From the NCBI GenBank assembly GCA_012295275.1, contig CM022679.1, forward strand, positions 10,478,001-10,542,000: a stretch of DNA of 64,000 bases, in the 5' to 3' direction. Origin of the DNA: Chrysomallon squamiferum. Its lineage: Eukaryota; Animalia; Mollusca. The position numbers and the translations under genes were made by a program. The notes under the pieces were generated by a model. The model was not told where the DNA came from, did no database searches, and worked only from the letters and a program-made list of their open reading frames with translations. Each line of letters starts with the position of its first letter. Within the stretch, counting starts at the first letter, position 1. Positions 15,838 to 29,059 of this stretch are shown here, piece by piece.

Positions 15838-17704
15838 CATATCCATTTAATAATTAAAGTTCGGAAAAATCTGTTCAACTGATGCATTCATCCTTTTAAT
15901 TATCAGAGGTTGAAGTTTTAATTACCATTAAGGAAAAATGATTTAATAATTACCTGAATAAATTATATTCGTTGTTCCTCACACAGTCAATGGAAGCATG
16001 CATGCAAATAAATATAATCAATGATTCTCGATCGATTTAGGCGCAGGACTCGTATATTTAAAGGGTGGCCACATCCATTAAGCTGATGGCCTTGGAAGTT
16101 CGAGCATGCAGAAGCTAAAGGTGATCTGTCATTGCCCAGCGAACAATATAAATAATCTATCACAATAAACAATACACCTTTTGTCGGGGTAACGGTCTTT
16201 GGAAACTAGTATCTCGTTCTGCTCCGATACAAGTCAGAACTGGTGATCAGATCGTTCCTTCCAAATTGTATTCATTGCTTGAACTTCAGACGGCTGCGTG
16301 GGACATTTGTTTTGTAGGCGTATCTAGGGGACCGTGTTTATGCGGAAGGCATTGAATAAAAAGATGTCTTAACGTTCAATTGTTTAAAAAAAAAAGCGTC
16401 GGGCGAAGAATGGCTTATGGCTTTAGCAACGTGAATAAACTAAATAAACAGATAAAAAGCTAACTAACTAGATTAATAAAAATGTTCTCCGAGAAACTAA
16501 AACGCTGATATATTAGCACGTGAAGGTGTGTATCTTGATATGTTCGTTGCGTTCTTTGCTTTAGTTAGGACAATATGGCCATGTAGATAACGTTTCATTG
16601 TGTTTAGTATAATTCGTTATGTCAAAATTCTGTTTATCAGAAGTGCTTTTGTTCTTAATGTCTGTATAGCATGTAGGAAGATTTAAAGCAATTTCTGAGT
16701 CTTGTTTGCTCAATAGTTTACTGTGAGCCGTTTTGTAAATTAACCTAGTATTTCGTGACCGTCTTTGCGTGCTTGGTGTAATATCGTTATGAACAGTAAC
16801 GAAAGAAGTTAGCATTAGCGATAAAAGTCAAACTTTGTTTGACTTTATTTTGAAAAATGCTAACGTGAGCGCACAGAAACAAATATAAATTGCTGGTTAT
16901 TTCAGATGACCGTTTCTGTAAATAATTTGGTGGAATTTGAATATATAATACACACCATAAAAAGAGCGATAAAAAAAATACCGATCTCTAGGAAAAAGGA
17001 AATTACAGAATAATCTTTTCATAAGGAGATATACTTTTTCAAATGTTACTGATTCATAAATAAATCAACAGAATAATATTAATAAACTCGATCCATTACC
17101 TTAATAAATAAATAAAATAAGTAAATAAATAAATAAATAAATAAATATCATAAGAACCCAATGAACGAATGATTAAACAAATTTACTTCCGCGAAACCAC
17201 CATCATTTCTGCATAAAGGGTATTACATCATTTAGCATTCTCTACATCTCTGTTTTTTTTTTTTTTTTTTTTGACGTTGTATCTAAACTGGACGAATGTT
17301 CTTTACAGAAACCACAGATCAATACTTACATTTTAAGTTCTTTCAACTTGACTTCGGTAGACGGTCAGCAAATACGAGTCTTTTCCAAGCCGTCTGCCCC
17401 AGACAGTGTCGTTTCTGGTCAAAGTTTATTCCAGCAGATATATAGGTATACCTGAACTCCGGCAGCATTCAGACGCCAATTCACAGTTTGCTTGATTTAT
17501 CCTCTGAACACCTGTTATCGAATCATCCCAGTTATTCTCTGTATCATCAGTGATTAATACAACCGACTATTTCACCAATCTCCCAAACTTCATCTGTCTA
17601 CGCTACCGGAGTCTAACGAATCAATATTCGGACGGTCTGTAGTCAAAGACGCGAATGATAACAACAATAATTAAACCACGCGTGTTCCAACATATACCAC
17701 TTAC

Positions 17705-17990
17705 CGGTGAATTAAAAAAAAAAAAAAAAAAGAAACTTGCCGCCGACAAGTGTCACAGAAACCTACACGAGTTTATTATATGTATCTGTCCCAAACTGAC
17801 TACCAAAGGCTTACCGAACGTAATGACATTTTAAACGTTTTCGCTTCACTGCGTTGAAAATCGGGTGGTAAACAACAAATTTGATAACGAGACGCGTTAC
17901 AGTCTACGGCTATTTATATCCGTGTTGCATTTGTCGTCTGCTGCAGTGAATACCCGGAGTAGTAATACTAGTAGGTAGGCGGAGCTAGCC
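17705..17990 (-). promoter_or_regulatory. Candidate distal ACSL promoter and alternative non-coding first exon (~17888-17705)
   Basis: TATAAATA at 17918-17911 (minus), GC-box-like AGGCGGAGC near 17980, consensus donor CCG|GTAAGT at 17704, locally CpG-rich. Confidence 0.5.
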
Positions 17991-18040
17991 GACTGTTAAT
18001 CATAATTATATATGCAAACAGAAACCGTACGGTGCAGAAT

Positions 18041-18071
<31 letters not shown>

Positions 18072-18343
18072 GAACGCACACGCACACACACACACACACA
18101 CATAATTATATAAGATTAAAAGCAATGTAACCTATGGGATACATTCATAATGTGTAATGAAATGGAGTTTGAATTATTCAGATTTGTAAATTTCATTTGA
18201 ATTCATGATAATATTATGACTAGAAGCATTTTATAGCTATAACTTTATTGCCACAATAAATCTTTTAGCAGTTTACGAAAAAGTTTCGGATAGTATGAAT
18301 AATGTAGATATGTTCATATATTAATATAAAGTATGTAAATTAT

Positions 18344-18374
<31 letters not shown>

Positions 18375-18607
18375 TAAATAAAACAAGATAAAATTAACGT
18401 TGAAAGTGATAAATTAAAGTAAAACAAAACAAAATAATAAATAAATAAATATAAAATAAATTACCTATATTAGCAAGATTTTTCTGTAGTTATGCACATA
18501 TATTTTATTTTATTATTTAAGTTCAGATCTACTGTAAAATAAATAACAACAGCAGTAATAATATTGATAATGAAAATATTGAGGAATAAATAATAATAAA
18601 AAAATAA

Positions 18608-18648
<41 letters not shown>

Positions 18649-20751
18649 AAAAAAGAACAAATAAATAAATCTTTAAAATTTATTTGTTTAAAAACAAAAG
18701 AACGAACTGATTGCATCTTTAAAATTTTTAATTTATTTTTAAAATAAAGAAAAGATCAATTTCATAAATTTTAAAAATAAATAAACAAACAAATAATACA
18801 GGTCAATTTGAAATTTAAAAATAAATAAATAAATAAAACAAAATTCTAATAATGTTAATAATACAAATAAATAAAAAAATAATAATAAAAATTAAAAATA
18901 AAAAATAAAAAAAAAAAAAATAAAAGAAGAAAAACGTTTAGAACGGATATTGATTCATCGATTGATGGAACTTTCGTACAGATACGGCTGACACTGTGAC
19001 ACACATTTCATTGCGCAGAGAAGCAGACGACAGCTAGTAATCAGTGACGTGTCCAAGAAATCAATGCATTACACAATTCTCTGTTTTATGTGGTGCTGTA
19101 ATCACATTATACTACAGTCAATAGTCTTGTCAGTAGAACATCGTTTCCCTGTGGCCGCATTGTATTACAACAACTGCAGCGTTGAACTCCGGGGTTTGAC
19201 CAATTTTACACCAGTATGTTTGCATTAATTATGTTGCAATTACTTGGACAGGCATTATCATCATCATAATTTTATTTTATTTTTTAATGGAAGAAATTAA
19301 TTAAATCAAGAGACCGGTATTCGTGCAGATAGTAGTCTTATCTAACGAATGCAAGCATAAATATAGTTTATGCGTGTTTGTGTATGTATGTACGTATGAA
19401 TGTGTATCCATAAGTAAAATAAGAGAGAGAGAGAGAAAGAAAGAACGAATCAGTCAAGAAGAAACAAGAATTTTAAAATGCTTTGTCTTAATACTGACAA
19501 ACTGTCTCGAAAAACCAGTCAGTTTGACCTACTTATATTTTCAACTGATATCGCTAAAACGCGGAAACAAAATGTGCACTTACACACAATTAGCTATAAA
19601 GTCTTTGTAATGCAGAAATTTCACTAAGTGAAGCACGTGTTAAATTTCAAGTCTGCTTGCTCCACTGTTGAGAATTGATAAACATTTTTAAAGAGAACAA
19701 CAAAAATGTTGATAACTAATATCCAAATCTGGAATAAATTTATATATTTCATTTCTCAGACTAACATGATTATAATGATAATGATGATGATGATGATAAT
19801 AGTAATACTAATAATAATAATATCACTAATAATAATAACGACTATAACCAGTACTATCATCATAAAGAAGAAGAAATAATAACAATGATAATAATAATAA
19901 TCATAACTCGTCTAAATCACGATTTTCGTAATTTATAATTGTATGTGGGGACCACAACCTACAGAAAAATTGATAGAACATAATATAGTAGACCACATCA
20001 TAAGTTCAGACATGTCACAAATAAATGTATGCATATGAGAACAGGACACTAATAACACTGATCTCTTAATACCTAGGGAATTAATACAGTCTGATCATAT
20101 ACAATTATTTCTTGAATTCCAGACAAATAAAGACAAGTGCTACTGAACACAACCTAACGGCATATTAAACAGAGAATGCGAGCTTCGTGATCAAATTCCT
20201 AAGTCAAAAATATTACTCTGTAGGTCTGCATGCGCAGATACAAGATTATTAGAGCATGCTCTTCATATTCCTGTTCAGAGTTTGATGTTTGTTTTATTGA
20301 AATGCGAAATTATCAAAAAGAGTAGCGCGAACTGTTAATAGTCTGGGAGGTTGAACAATTGTGTTGGAATTTTAAGATCCAGTGATTTTGTTAAACTGTT
20401 CATACCGAATAATGATGATGATGATAACAACAACAATTTTATTGATGCACAATTTTTTTTTTTTTTTTAAATCATTAAATATTACTGACGGTGATTGTTC
20501 AAGAAATTTATAAAATAATAACTGATTTTGACATTTTTTAATCATAACTATTATTAATTTTTGAATTTTTGAAATGTTCAGATGTTAAGTAGATACATTT
20601 TAATAACTGAATGCGCTGCATTAATTATTACATAAAAATTTATTAAACAGTCTCTCTAAATGCTCATAAAAATTCATGACCTGCAAAACAAATTAAATAA
20701 GTTGTTTTACAAGGCCTCGGTCTTCTTTGAAATTTTGCAGTAACCGTAAAA

Positions 20752-20798
<47 letters not shown>

Positions 20799-21069
20799 AA
20801 TTAAAAAAAAATAACAAAATAAATAAAAAATAAATAAAAAAACACAATAAAAAAATTAAAACGTTTCGTGAGCTTAATGTTAAAAAAACATTTAATTTTT
20901 ATAATCATTTCTATAATTACTATGATTATTTTCCAATAATTTTAAAATTTATTTTTCTTAAATTTTTAATTATCTTGAATTTGAGTTAATTATATTATTC
21001 ATTTATTAATGATTTTAATGGGTTTGATTTTTTTTTTTCTCTTTTAAAAAATAATTGTAGTTTAATTTA

Positions 21070-21102
<33 letters not shown>

Positions 21103-21225
21103 GGGATTTCATTATTATTTTATTTTATTTTATTTTATTTTATTTTTTATTATTCATTTGTTCATTCATTTTGTTTTCGTTGTTTGCAGGAGCTCATTTT
21201 ATTATTTTATTTTATTTTATTTTAT

Positions 21226-21515
21226 GATCTGTACCTTTGGTGAACAGTCCCCCAGAACTCATTTTTCAAGTAATAAGTTCCGTATTATCCACTCTTCAGG
21301 TGGGGGTGTCATCACTCACCAGGTGACTCACTGTCGCTGCATTAAAGGTACAGATCAAGGAGTGTTGGGAGAACGATGAGGAATAATATAAGGCTGTCTG
21401 TCCTGCCAAATTTGAGTGTCCCGTTCAAATACTGAAACACCTCCACATTCCAAAACAAATTTAAGATTTTGGCGTATGGAGGGTATAGAGGACCCCATCC
21501 CGGCTTCTCGAAATT
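21226..21515 (-). ncRNA. Putative structured Pol II ncRNA, copy 1 (unassigned family)
   Basis: TATATAAG starts at 21544, Inr TCAATTT with A+1 at 21515, 13-bp closing stem GATCTGTACCTTT/AAAGGTACAGATC, followed by AATAAA-rich sequence. No ATG-initiated ORF of meaningful length is conserved across copies. Confidence 0.5.
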
Positions 21516-22014
21516 GACGCCTCTGTTTTGACACGCCTTATATACTCGGCGAACGCGGACGTCAAGGAGAGCACTGGCATTAAAACCATGGTGTCGAAAA
21601 CCAACATGGAGTTGTGTTTTTGCCTTCGAAACTTTATTGTTTTAAAATGTATTTCCGTAACATTACTGTGTGACAGATATATGTGTATATTTTTTAAATG
21701 GTTCTGTTTTCAGTATTTATATTTTTTATCCACTCCATATCAACATTTTATTAACAATAATTAAAATAAAAAGACCAGAATGAACTAAAATCCATTGTGG
21801 TATGCGTTTTTAAAATAAAATTAAAAATCAACAGTTATTTTTACCATTGTTTTGTGACGCTGTATTAATCAGTAAAGAATGCTGAATACGAACTGTACAC
21901 TTTTTTTTGTTGTATATACGATTTTATAAACAGAATAACAAATAACCAAAGCGCACACAAGCACAGCCATTATAGTAAAGTGTAATTTGACAGTTGCGTT
22001 AAGCTAGTAGACAA

Positions 22015-23430
22015 GTGACGTAATGATACACATATACTTAAAATAGTTACGCTTTCTCCACCTTACACAGTATTTCAATTTCTACAAAATTTAATAATTA
22101 GTAGCTGGTGAAAGTAGAGGAAACACATCCAGAAATAAATTTCACATTAATTATCAATCTATTTTTTTTCTTTTTTCAAATCTTTATCAAAACTTATGTA
22201 TACAAATAATAATTTCATGTTCACCTACACAAATATTGTAAATAGTTACGCTTTCTTTAACTGAGACAGTCTATTTCTATTTTTTCCAATAAATAAAAAC
22301 TGAGTATAAATTATAGAAAAATAAAAAATACGAAGCACTTATTTCCAGAAATAAATTTACCCTTAATTTTTATTTATTTACTATTTAAAAAAAGAAAATC
22401 TTTATCAAAACTAATATATACAAATATTAATTTGACGTGGACCTACACAACTATTCTAAATAGTTACGCTTTCTTTAACTGAGAGAGTCTAATTCATTTC
22501 TGCCAATAAATAAAAACTGAGTATAAATTATAGAGGAATAGAAAAATAGCAATACCGACACTGAAATAAATTCGTCCACGAATCCTTTATCTCTTTCTTC
22601 TTCTTTTCGATTTATTAGTCAGTCGTAAAAAACAAATATAGATGTTTTAGTGATTCCAGCGTCTGACGTAACGCCACATTAATACTTAAAAGAGTTACGC
22701 TTTCTTTTCTTGATACAGTCTATTCCATTTTCTAAGTAATTAATTATAGCTAATTATAAAATCTTTTTTTTTTTTTAACTTATTAATATTTTTATTATTG
22801 ACTGAAAATGAAAGTATTAAATAAATAAATAACTGGATAAATAAATAAATGAAAAGGAAGTAGAAGAAAACGTTGATGTAGATGTTTCAGTCTTATTTTA
22901 ATTATCATAATTAATTAATTAATTTATTTATTTATAGAGTGTGTCAGATTAGGAAAGCCTAATTCTGGCCGGTATATTCGTGGTGTTACATCATTAACAT
23001 TTGTGTGTCTATAGTTTGTTAACGACTGTCAAATAAATAATAAAAAGAAGAAGAAAGAGAGAAAAGAAATTCGTGGACTAAATTATTTCAGGATCTACCA
23101 GGTATTATTATCTACTTTTTTATTTTTCCTTTTATACTTTTTTTCACTGTTGTTTATTTTTTTTTATTATTGGTAGACAGTGGAAGCGTAACTATTTAGA
23201 ATATCTGTGTAAGTCCACGTGAGACAGATCTTAGCTTTTATTTACTAAATTAATATTTGTAGAAATTCATTTAAAAAAAGAAAGAAAAATGATGATAATT
23301 AGTAATTTATTTCTGGATCTACTTTTCCTGTTTAATCCAACTGTTATTTCTTAAATTTTGTATAAACTGGCATAGACTGCAAAGTTAAGAAATCAGAACT
23401 GTTGAATATTTGTGATTCATTACGTTACAC
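22015..23430. promoter_or_regulatory. Palindromically arranged ~200-230-bp sub-repeats with TGACGT...GTTACGCTTTCT cassettes (recurs in every unit)
   Basis: (A)ATAGTTACGCTTTCT at ~22041, 22241, 22459 and 22690. Diverged reverse-complement copies at ~22952, 23184 and 23395. CRE-like TGACGT about 25 bp upstream in three of the four direct cassettes. Regulatory role is inferred. Confidence 0.5.
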
Positions 23431-24497
23431 CTTCAGTACCTTAACGAAATTGTGAAAATAAACTTTAACATAATGGCTGTGTTTGTGTGTGCAATATGTA
23501 TTTGTTATTCTTTTTATGATATCAATCTATGCAGAAAATGTATGTACATTTCGTATTCTCCATTCTTTATTCATTAATATAGCATCACAAAACAATGCTA
23601 AGACATACTTTCTGAAAACAATCAAACGGCATATTAAACATATTGACAGCATCGTGATTAAATTCCTAAGTCAAAAATATTACTCCATAGGTCTGCATGC
23701 GCAGATAGATTATTAGAGCATGATCTTCATATTCCTGTTCAGAGTTTGATGTTTGTTTTATTGAAATGCGAGATTATCAAAAAGAATAGCGCGAACAGTT
23801 AACACTATGGGAGGTTGGACGCTTGTGTTGGAATTTTAAGATCCAGTGATTTTGTTAAACTGTTGATACCGAATAATGATGATGATGATGCTGCTGATGA
23901 TGACGACAAAAATAACAACAGCACCAACTACAACACCAGCAATAAATAAATAAATATATAAATAAATAATGATAATTTGTTTTATTGGTGCATAAAAATG
24001 TTCAGATGTTAAGCAGACACATTTTAATAACTGAATGCCCTGCATTAATTATTATATAAAAATTCTTTGAATTGTCTCTCTTTTTCTCATTAAAATTCAT
24101 GACCTGCATAACAAATTGAATAAGTTGTTTTACAAGACCTCGGTCTTCCTTGAAATTTTGCAGTGACCGTAAAATAATTTTTTTTTATTTTTGTATTATT
24201 TATTGCGCTAAAATCCTATTTATTTATTTACTATTGATTTAATTGTGTTTTTCTTTTTTCTTTAATTTTTATTAAATTATCGATTTATTTAATAATTTAC
24301 TATAATTATTTTTCAATGATTTTAAAATTGATTTTTCTTAAATATTTCGTTATTAATTAATTTATTATAATTAATATTGTGATTATCTGGAATTTGAGTT
24401 ATTTTATATTATTCATTTACTACTGATTTTAATGGTGTTTTTTGTTTTCGCTTAAAAAAATAATTGTAGTTTAATTTATATTTATTTATTTATTTAA

Positions 24498-24578
<81 letters not shown>

Positions 24579-24659
24579 TTTATTTTTATTCATTGGGATT
24601 TCATTGTTTAGAGGGACTCATTTTATTGTCTTATTTTATTTTATTTTGTTTGATTTTAT

Positions 24660-24949
24660 GATCTGTACAGTTGGTGAACAGTCCCCCAGAACTCATTTTT
24701 CAAGTAATAAGTTCCGTATTATCCACTCTTCAGGTGGGGGTGTCATCACTCACCAGGTGACTCACTGTCGCTGCATTAAAGGTACAGATCAAGGAGTGAT
24801 GGGAGAACGGTGAGGAATAATATAAGGCTGTGTGTCCTGCCAAATTTGAGTGTCCCGTTCAAATACTGAAACACCTCCACATTCCAAAACAAATTGAAGA
24901 TTTTGGCGTATGGAGGGTATAGAGGACCCCATCCCGGCTTCTCGAAATT
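24660..24949 (-). ncRNA. Putative structured ncRNA, copy 2
   Basis: TATATAAG at 24978, same 290-nt length, 2-nt substitution in the closing stem. Confidence 0.45.
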
Positions 24950-26198
24950 GACGCCTCTGTTTTGACACACCTTATATACTCGGCGAACGCGGACGTCAAG
25001 GAGAGCACTGGCATTAAAACCATGGTGTCGAAAACCAACATGGAGTTGTGTTTTTGCCCGCGAAACTTTATTGTTTTAAAATGTATTTGCGTTACATTAC
25101 TGTGTGATAGATATATGTGTATATTTTTTAAATGATTTTGTTTTAAGTATTTATATTTTTATCCACACCATATCAACATTTTATTAACAATAATTAAGAA
25201 AAAAACAACCAGAATGAAGTGAAATCCATTGTGGTATGAGTTTTTAAAATAAAATTAAAAATCAACAGTTATTTTTACCATTGTTTTGTGACGCTGTATT
25301 AATCAGTAAAGAATGCTGAATACGAAATGTACATAGTTTTTTTCCATATACAATTTTATAAACAGAAAAACAAATAAACAAAGTGCACACAAAGCACAGC
25401 CATTATATTAAAGTGTAATTTGACAGTAGCGTTAAGCTAGTAGACATGTGACGTAATGATACACATATATTTAAAATAGTTACGCTTTCTCTACCTTACA
25501 CAGTATTTCAGGTTCTAGAAAATTTAATAATTAGTAGCTGGTGAAAGTAGAGGAAGAACATCCAGAAATAAATTTCACATTAATTATCAATCTATTTTTA
25601 TTAATTTTTTTTGTTCAAATCTTTATCAAAACTTATGTATACAGATAATAATTTCATGTGCACCTACACAAATATTCTAAATAGTTACGCTTTCTTTAAC
25701 TGAGACAGTCTATTTCTATTTTTTCCAATAAATAAAAACTGAGTATAAATTATAGAAAAATAAAAAATACGAAGCATTTACATCCAGAAATAAATTTAAC
25801 CTTAATTTGTATTTATTTACTATTTAAAAAAAAAGAAAATCTTTATCAAAACTAATATATACAAATATTAATTTGACGTGGACCTACACAACTATTCTAA
25901 ATAGTTACGCTTTCTTTAACTGACACAGTCCATTTCTCTTTTTGCCAATAAATAAAAACTGAGTATAAATTATAGAGGAATAGAAAAATAGCAATACCGA
26001 CACTGAAATAAATTCGTCCACGAATCCTTTGTCTCTTTCTTCTTCTTTTCGATTTATTAGTCAGTCGTAAAAAACAAATATAGATGTTTTAGTGATTCCA
26101 GCGTCTGACGTAACGCCACATTAATACTGAAAAGAGTTACGCTTTCTTTTCTTGATACAGTCTATTCCATTTTATAACTAATTAATTATAGCTAATTA

Positions 26199-26236
<38 letters not shown>

Positions 26237-27888
26237 ACTGAATAATATTATTATTATCGACTGAAAATGAAATTACTAAGTAAATAAATAACTGGATAAA
26301 TAAATAAATCAATAAAAAGGAAGCAGAAGGAAACGTGGATGTAAATGTTGCGGTCTTATTTTAATTATCATAATTTATTTATTTATTTATTTATAGACTG
26401 TATCAGGTCAGGAAAGCCTAATTCTGGCCGGTATTTTCGTGGCGTTACGTCATTAAGATTTGTGTCTCTATAGTCTGATAACGACTGTCAAATAAATAAT
26501 AAAAAGAAGAAGAAAGAGAGAAAAGAAATTAATTTCTGGATCCACCAGGTTAGGTATTATTATCTACTTTTTTATTTTTCCTTTTATACTTTTTTCACTG
26601 TTTTTTGTAATTTTCATTCGTAGACAGTGGAAGCGTAACTATTTAGAATATCTGTGTAAGTCCACGTGAGACAGATCTTAGCTTTTGGATCTACTTTTCC
26701 TTCTAAATCCAACTGTTATTTCTTAAATTTTGTATAAACTGGCATAGACTGCAAAGTTAAGAAATCAGAACTGTTGAATATTTGTGATTCATTACGTTAC
26801 ACCTTCAGTACCTTAACGAAATTGTGAAAATAAACTTTAACATAATGGCTGTGTTTGTGTGTGCAATATGTATTTGTTATTCTTTTTATGATATCAATCT
26901 ATGCAGAAAATGTATGTACATTTCGTATTCTCCATTCTTTATTCATTAATATAGCATCACAAAACAATGCTAAGACATACTTTCTGAAAACAATCAAACG
27001 GCATATTAAACATATTGACAGCATCGTGATTAAATTCCTAAGTCAAAAATATTACTCCATAGGTCTGCATGCGCAGATAGATTATTAGAGCATGATCTTC
27101 ATATTCCTGTTCAGAGTTTGATGTTTGTTTTATTGAAATGCGAGATTATCAAAAAGAATAGCGCGAACAGTTAACACTATGGGAGGTTGGACGCTTGTGT
27201 TGGAATTTTAAGATCCAGTGATTTTGTTAAACTGTTCATACCGAATGATGATGATGATGATGATGCTGATGATGACGACAACAATAACAACAACACCAAC
27301 TACAACACCAGTAATAAATAAATAAATAAATAATGATAATTTGTTTTATTGGTGCATAAAAATATTCAGATGTTAAGCAGACACATTTTAATAACTGAAA
27401 GCGCTGCATTAATTGTTATATAAAAATTATTTCAATTGTCTCTCTTTTTCTCATTAGAATTCATGACCTGCATAACAAATTAAATAACTTGTTTTACAAG
27501 ACCTCGGTCTTCTTTGAAATTTTGCAGTGACCGTAAAAAAAAAATAAAAAAAATATAAAAAAATAAAAAAAATTATTTCGTGTGCTAAATCCTAAACAAA
27601 ACCCTATTTATTTATTATTGATTAAATTGTGTTTTTGTTTCTCATTTAATTTTTATTAATTTATCGATTTATTTAATAATTTACTATAATTATTTTCCAA
27701 TGATTTAAAATTTATTTTTCTTAAATTTTTATTTAGTTATCAATTATTTAATTAAAATTAATATTATGATTATCTTGAATTTGAGTTATTTTATGTTATT
27801 CTTATTCTTTACTATTGATTTCAATGGGTTTGTTTTTTGTTTTCTCTTTTAAAATAATAATTGTAATTAATTTATATATATATATATA

Positions 27889-27962
<74 letters not shown>

Positions 27963-28098
27963 TTGGGATTTCATTATTTATCTTATTTTATTTTATTTTA
28001 TTTTTTATTATTCATTTGTTCATTCATTTGGTTTTCGTTGTTTGGAGGGGCTCACTTTATTATTTTATTTTATTTTATTTTATTTTATTTTATTTTAT

Positions 28099-28388
28099 GT
28101 TCTGTACCTTTGGTGAACAGTTCCCCAGAACTCATTTTTCAAGTAATAAGTTCCGTATTATCCACTCTTCAGGTGGGGGTGTCATCACTCACCAGGTGAC
28201 TCACTGTCGCTGCATTAAAGGTACAGATCAAGGAGTGTTGGGAGAACGATGAGGAATAATATAAGGCTGTCTGTCCTGCCAAATTTGAGTGTCCCGTTCA
28301 AATACTGAAACACCTCCACATTCCAAAACAAATTAAAAATGTTGGCGTATGGAGGGTATAAAGGACCCCATCCCGGCTTCTCGAAATT
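28099..28388 (-). ncRNA. Putative structured ncRNA, copy 3
   Basis: TATAAAAG at 28417, same 290-nt length. Confidence 0.45.
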
Positions 28389-29026
28389 GACGTCTCCGCT
28401 TTGACACGCCTTTTATACTCGGCGAACGCGGACGTCAAGGAAAGCACTGGCATTAAAACCATGGTGTCGAAAACCAACATGGAGTTGTGTTTTTGGCTTC
28501 GAAACATTATTGTTTTAAAATGCATTTCCATAACATTACTCTGTGACAGACATATATGTATATTTCTTAAATGATTCTGTTTTCAGTATTTATATTTTTA
28601 TCTACACCATATCAACATTTTATTAACAATAATTAAAACAAAAAGACCAGAATGAACTAAAATCCATTGTGGTATGCGTTTTTAAAATAAAATTAAAAAT
28701 CAACAGTTATTTTTACCATTGTTTTGTAACGATGTGTTAATCAGTAAACAATGCTGAATACGAAATGTACACACTTTTTTCACATATATGATTTTACAAA
28801 CAGAAAAACAAATAAACAAAGCCCACACAAGCACAGCCATTATATTAAAGTGTAATTTGACAGTTGCGTTAAGATAGTAAACATGTGACGTAATGATACA
28901 CATATATTTAAAATAGTTACGCTTTCTTCACCTTACACAGTATTTCAATTTCTACAAAATTTAATAATTAGTAGCTGGTGAAAGTTGAGGAAGAACATCC
29001 AGAAATAAATTTCAACTTAATTATCT

Positions 29027-29059
<33 letters not shown>

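Noticed and set aside
21239-21312. RNase MRP-like words GAACAGTCCCC and upstream GGGGCTCA
   Set aside because: The order is reversed relative to CR-I/CR-V, the GGGGCTCA word is not conserved among copies, and it lies on the strand opposite the promoter.
21101-21379. Repeated ORF ...TFGEQSPRTHFSSNKF...GER and a C2H2-like CPAKFECPVQILKH in a neighbouring frame
   Set aside because: Antisense to the TATA/Inr, start varies within a microsatellite, and the finger lacks its first Cys and last His and is flanked by stops.
22015-22710. CRISPR-like regularly spaced repeats
   Set aside because: Eukaryotic context, ~210-bp period, spacers homologous to each other and no cas genes.
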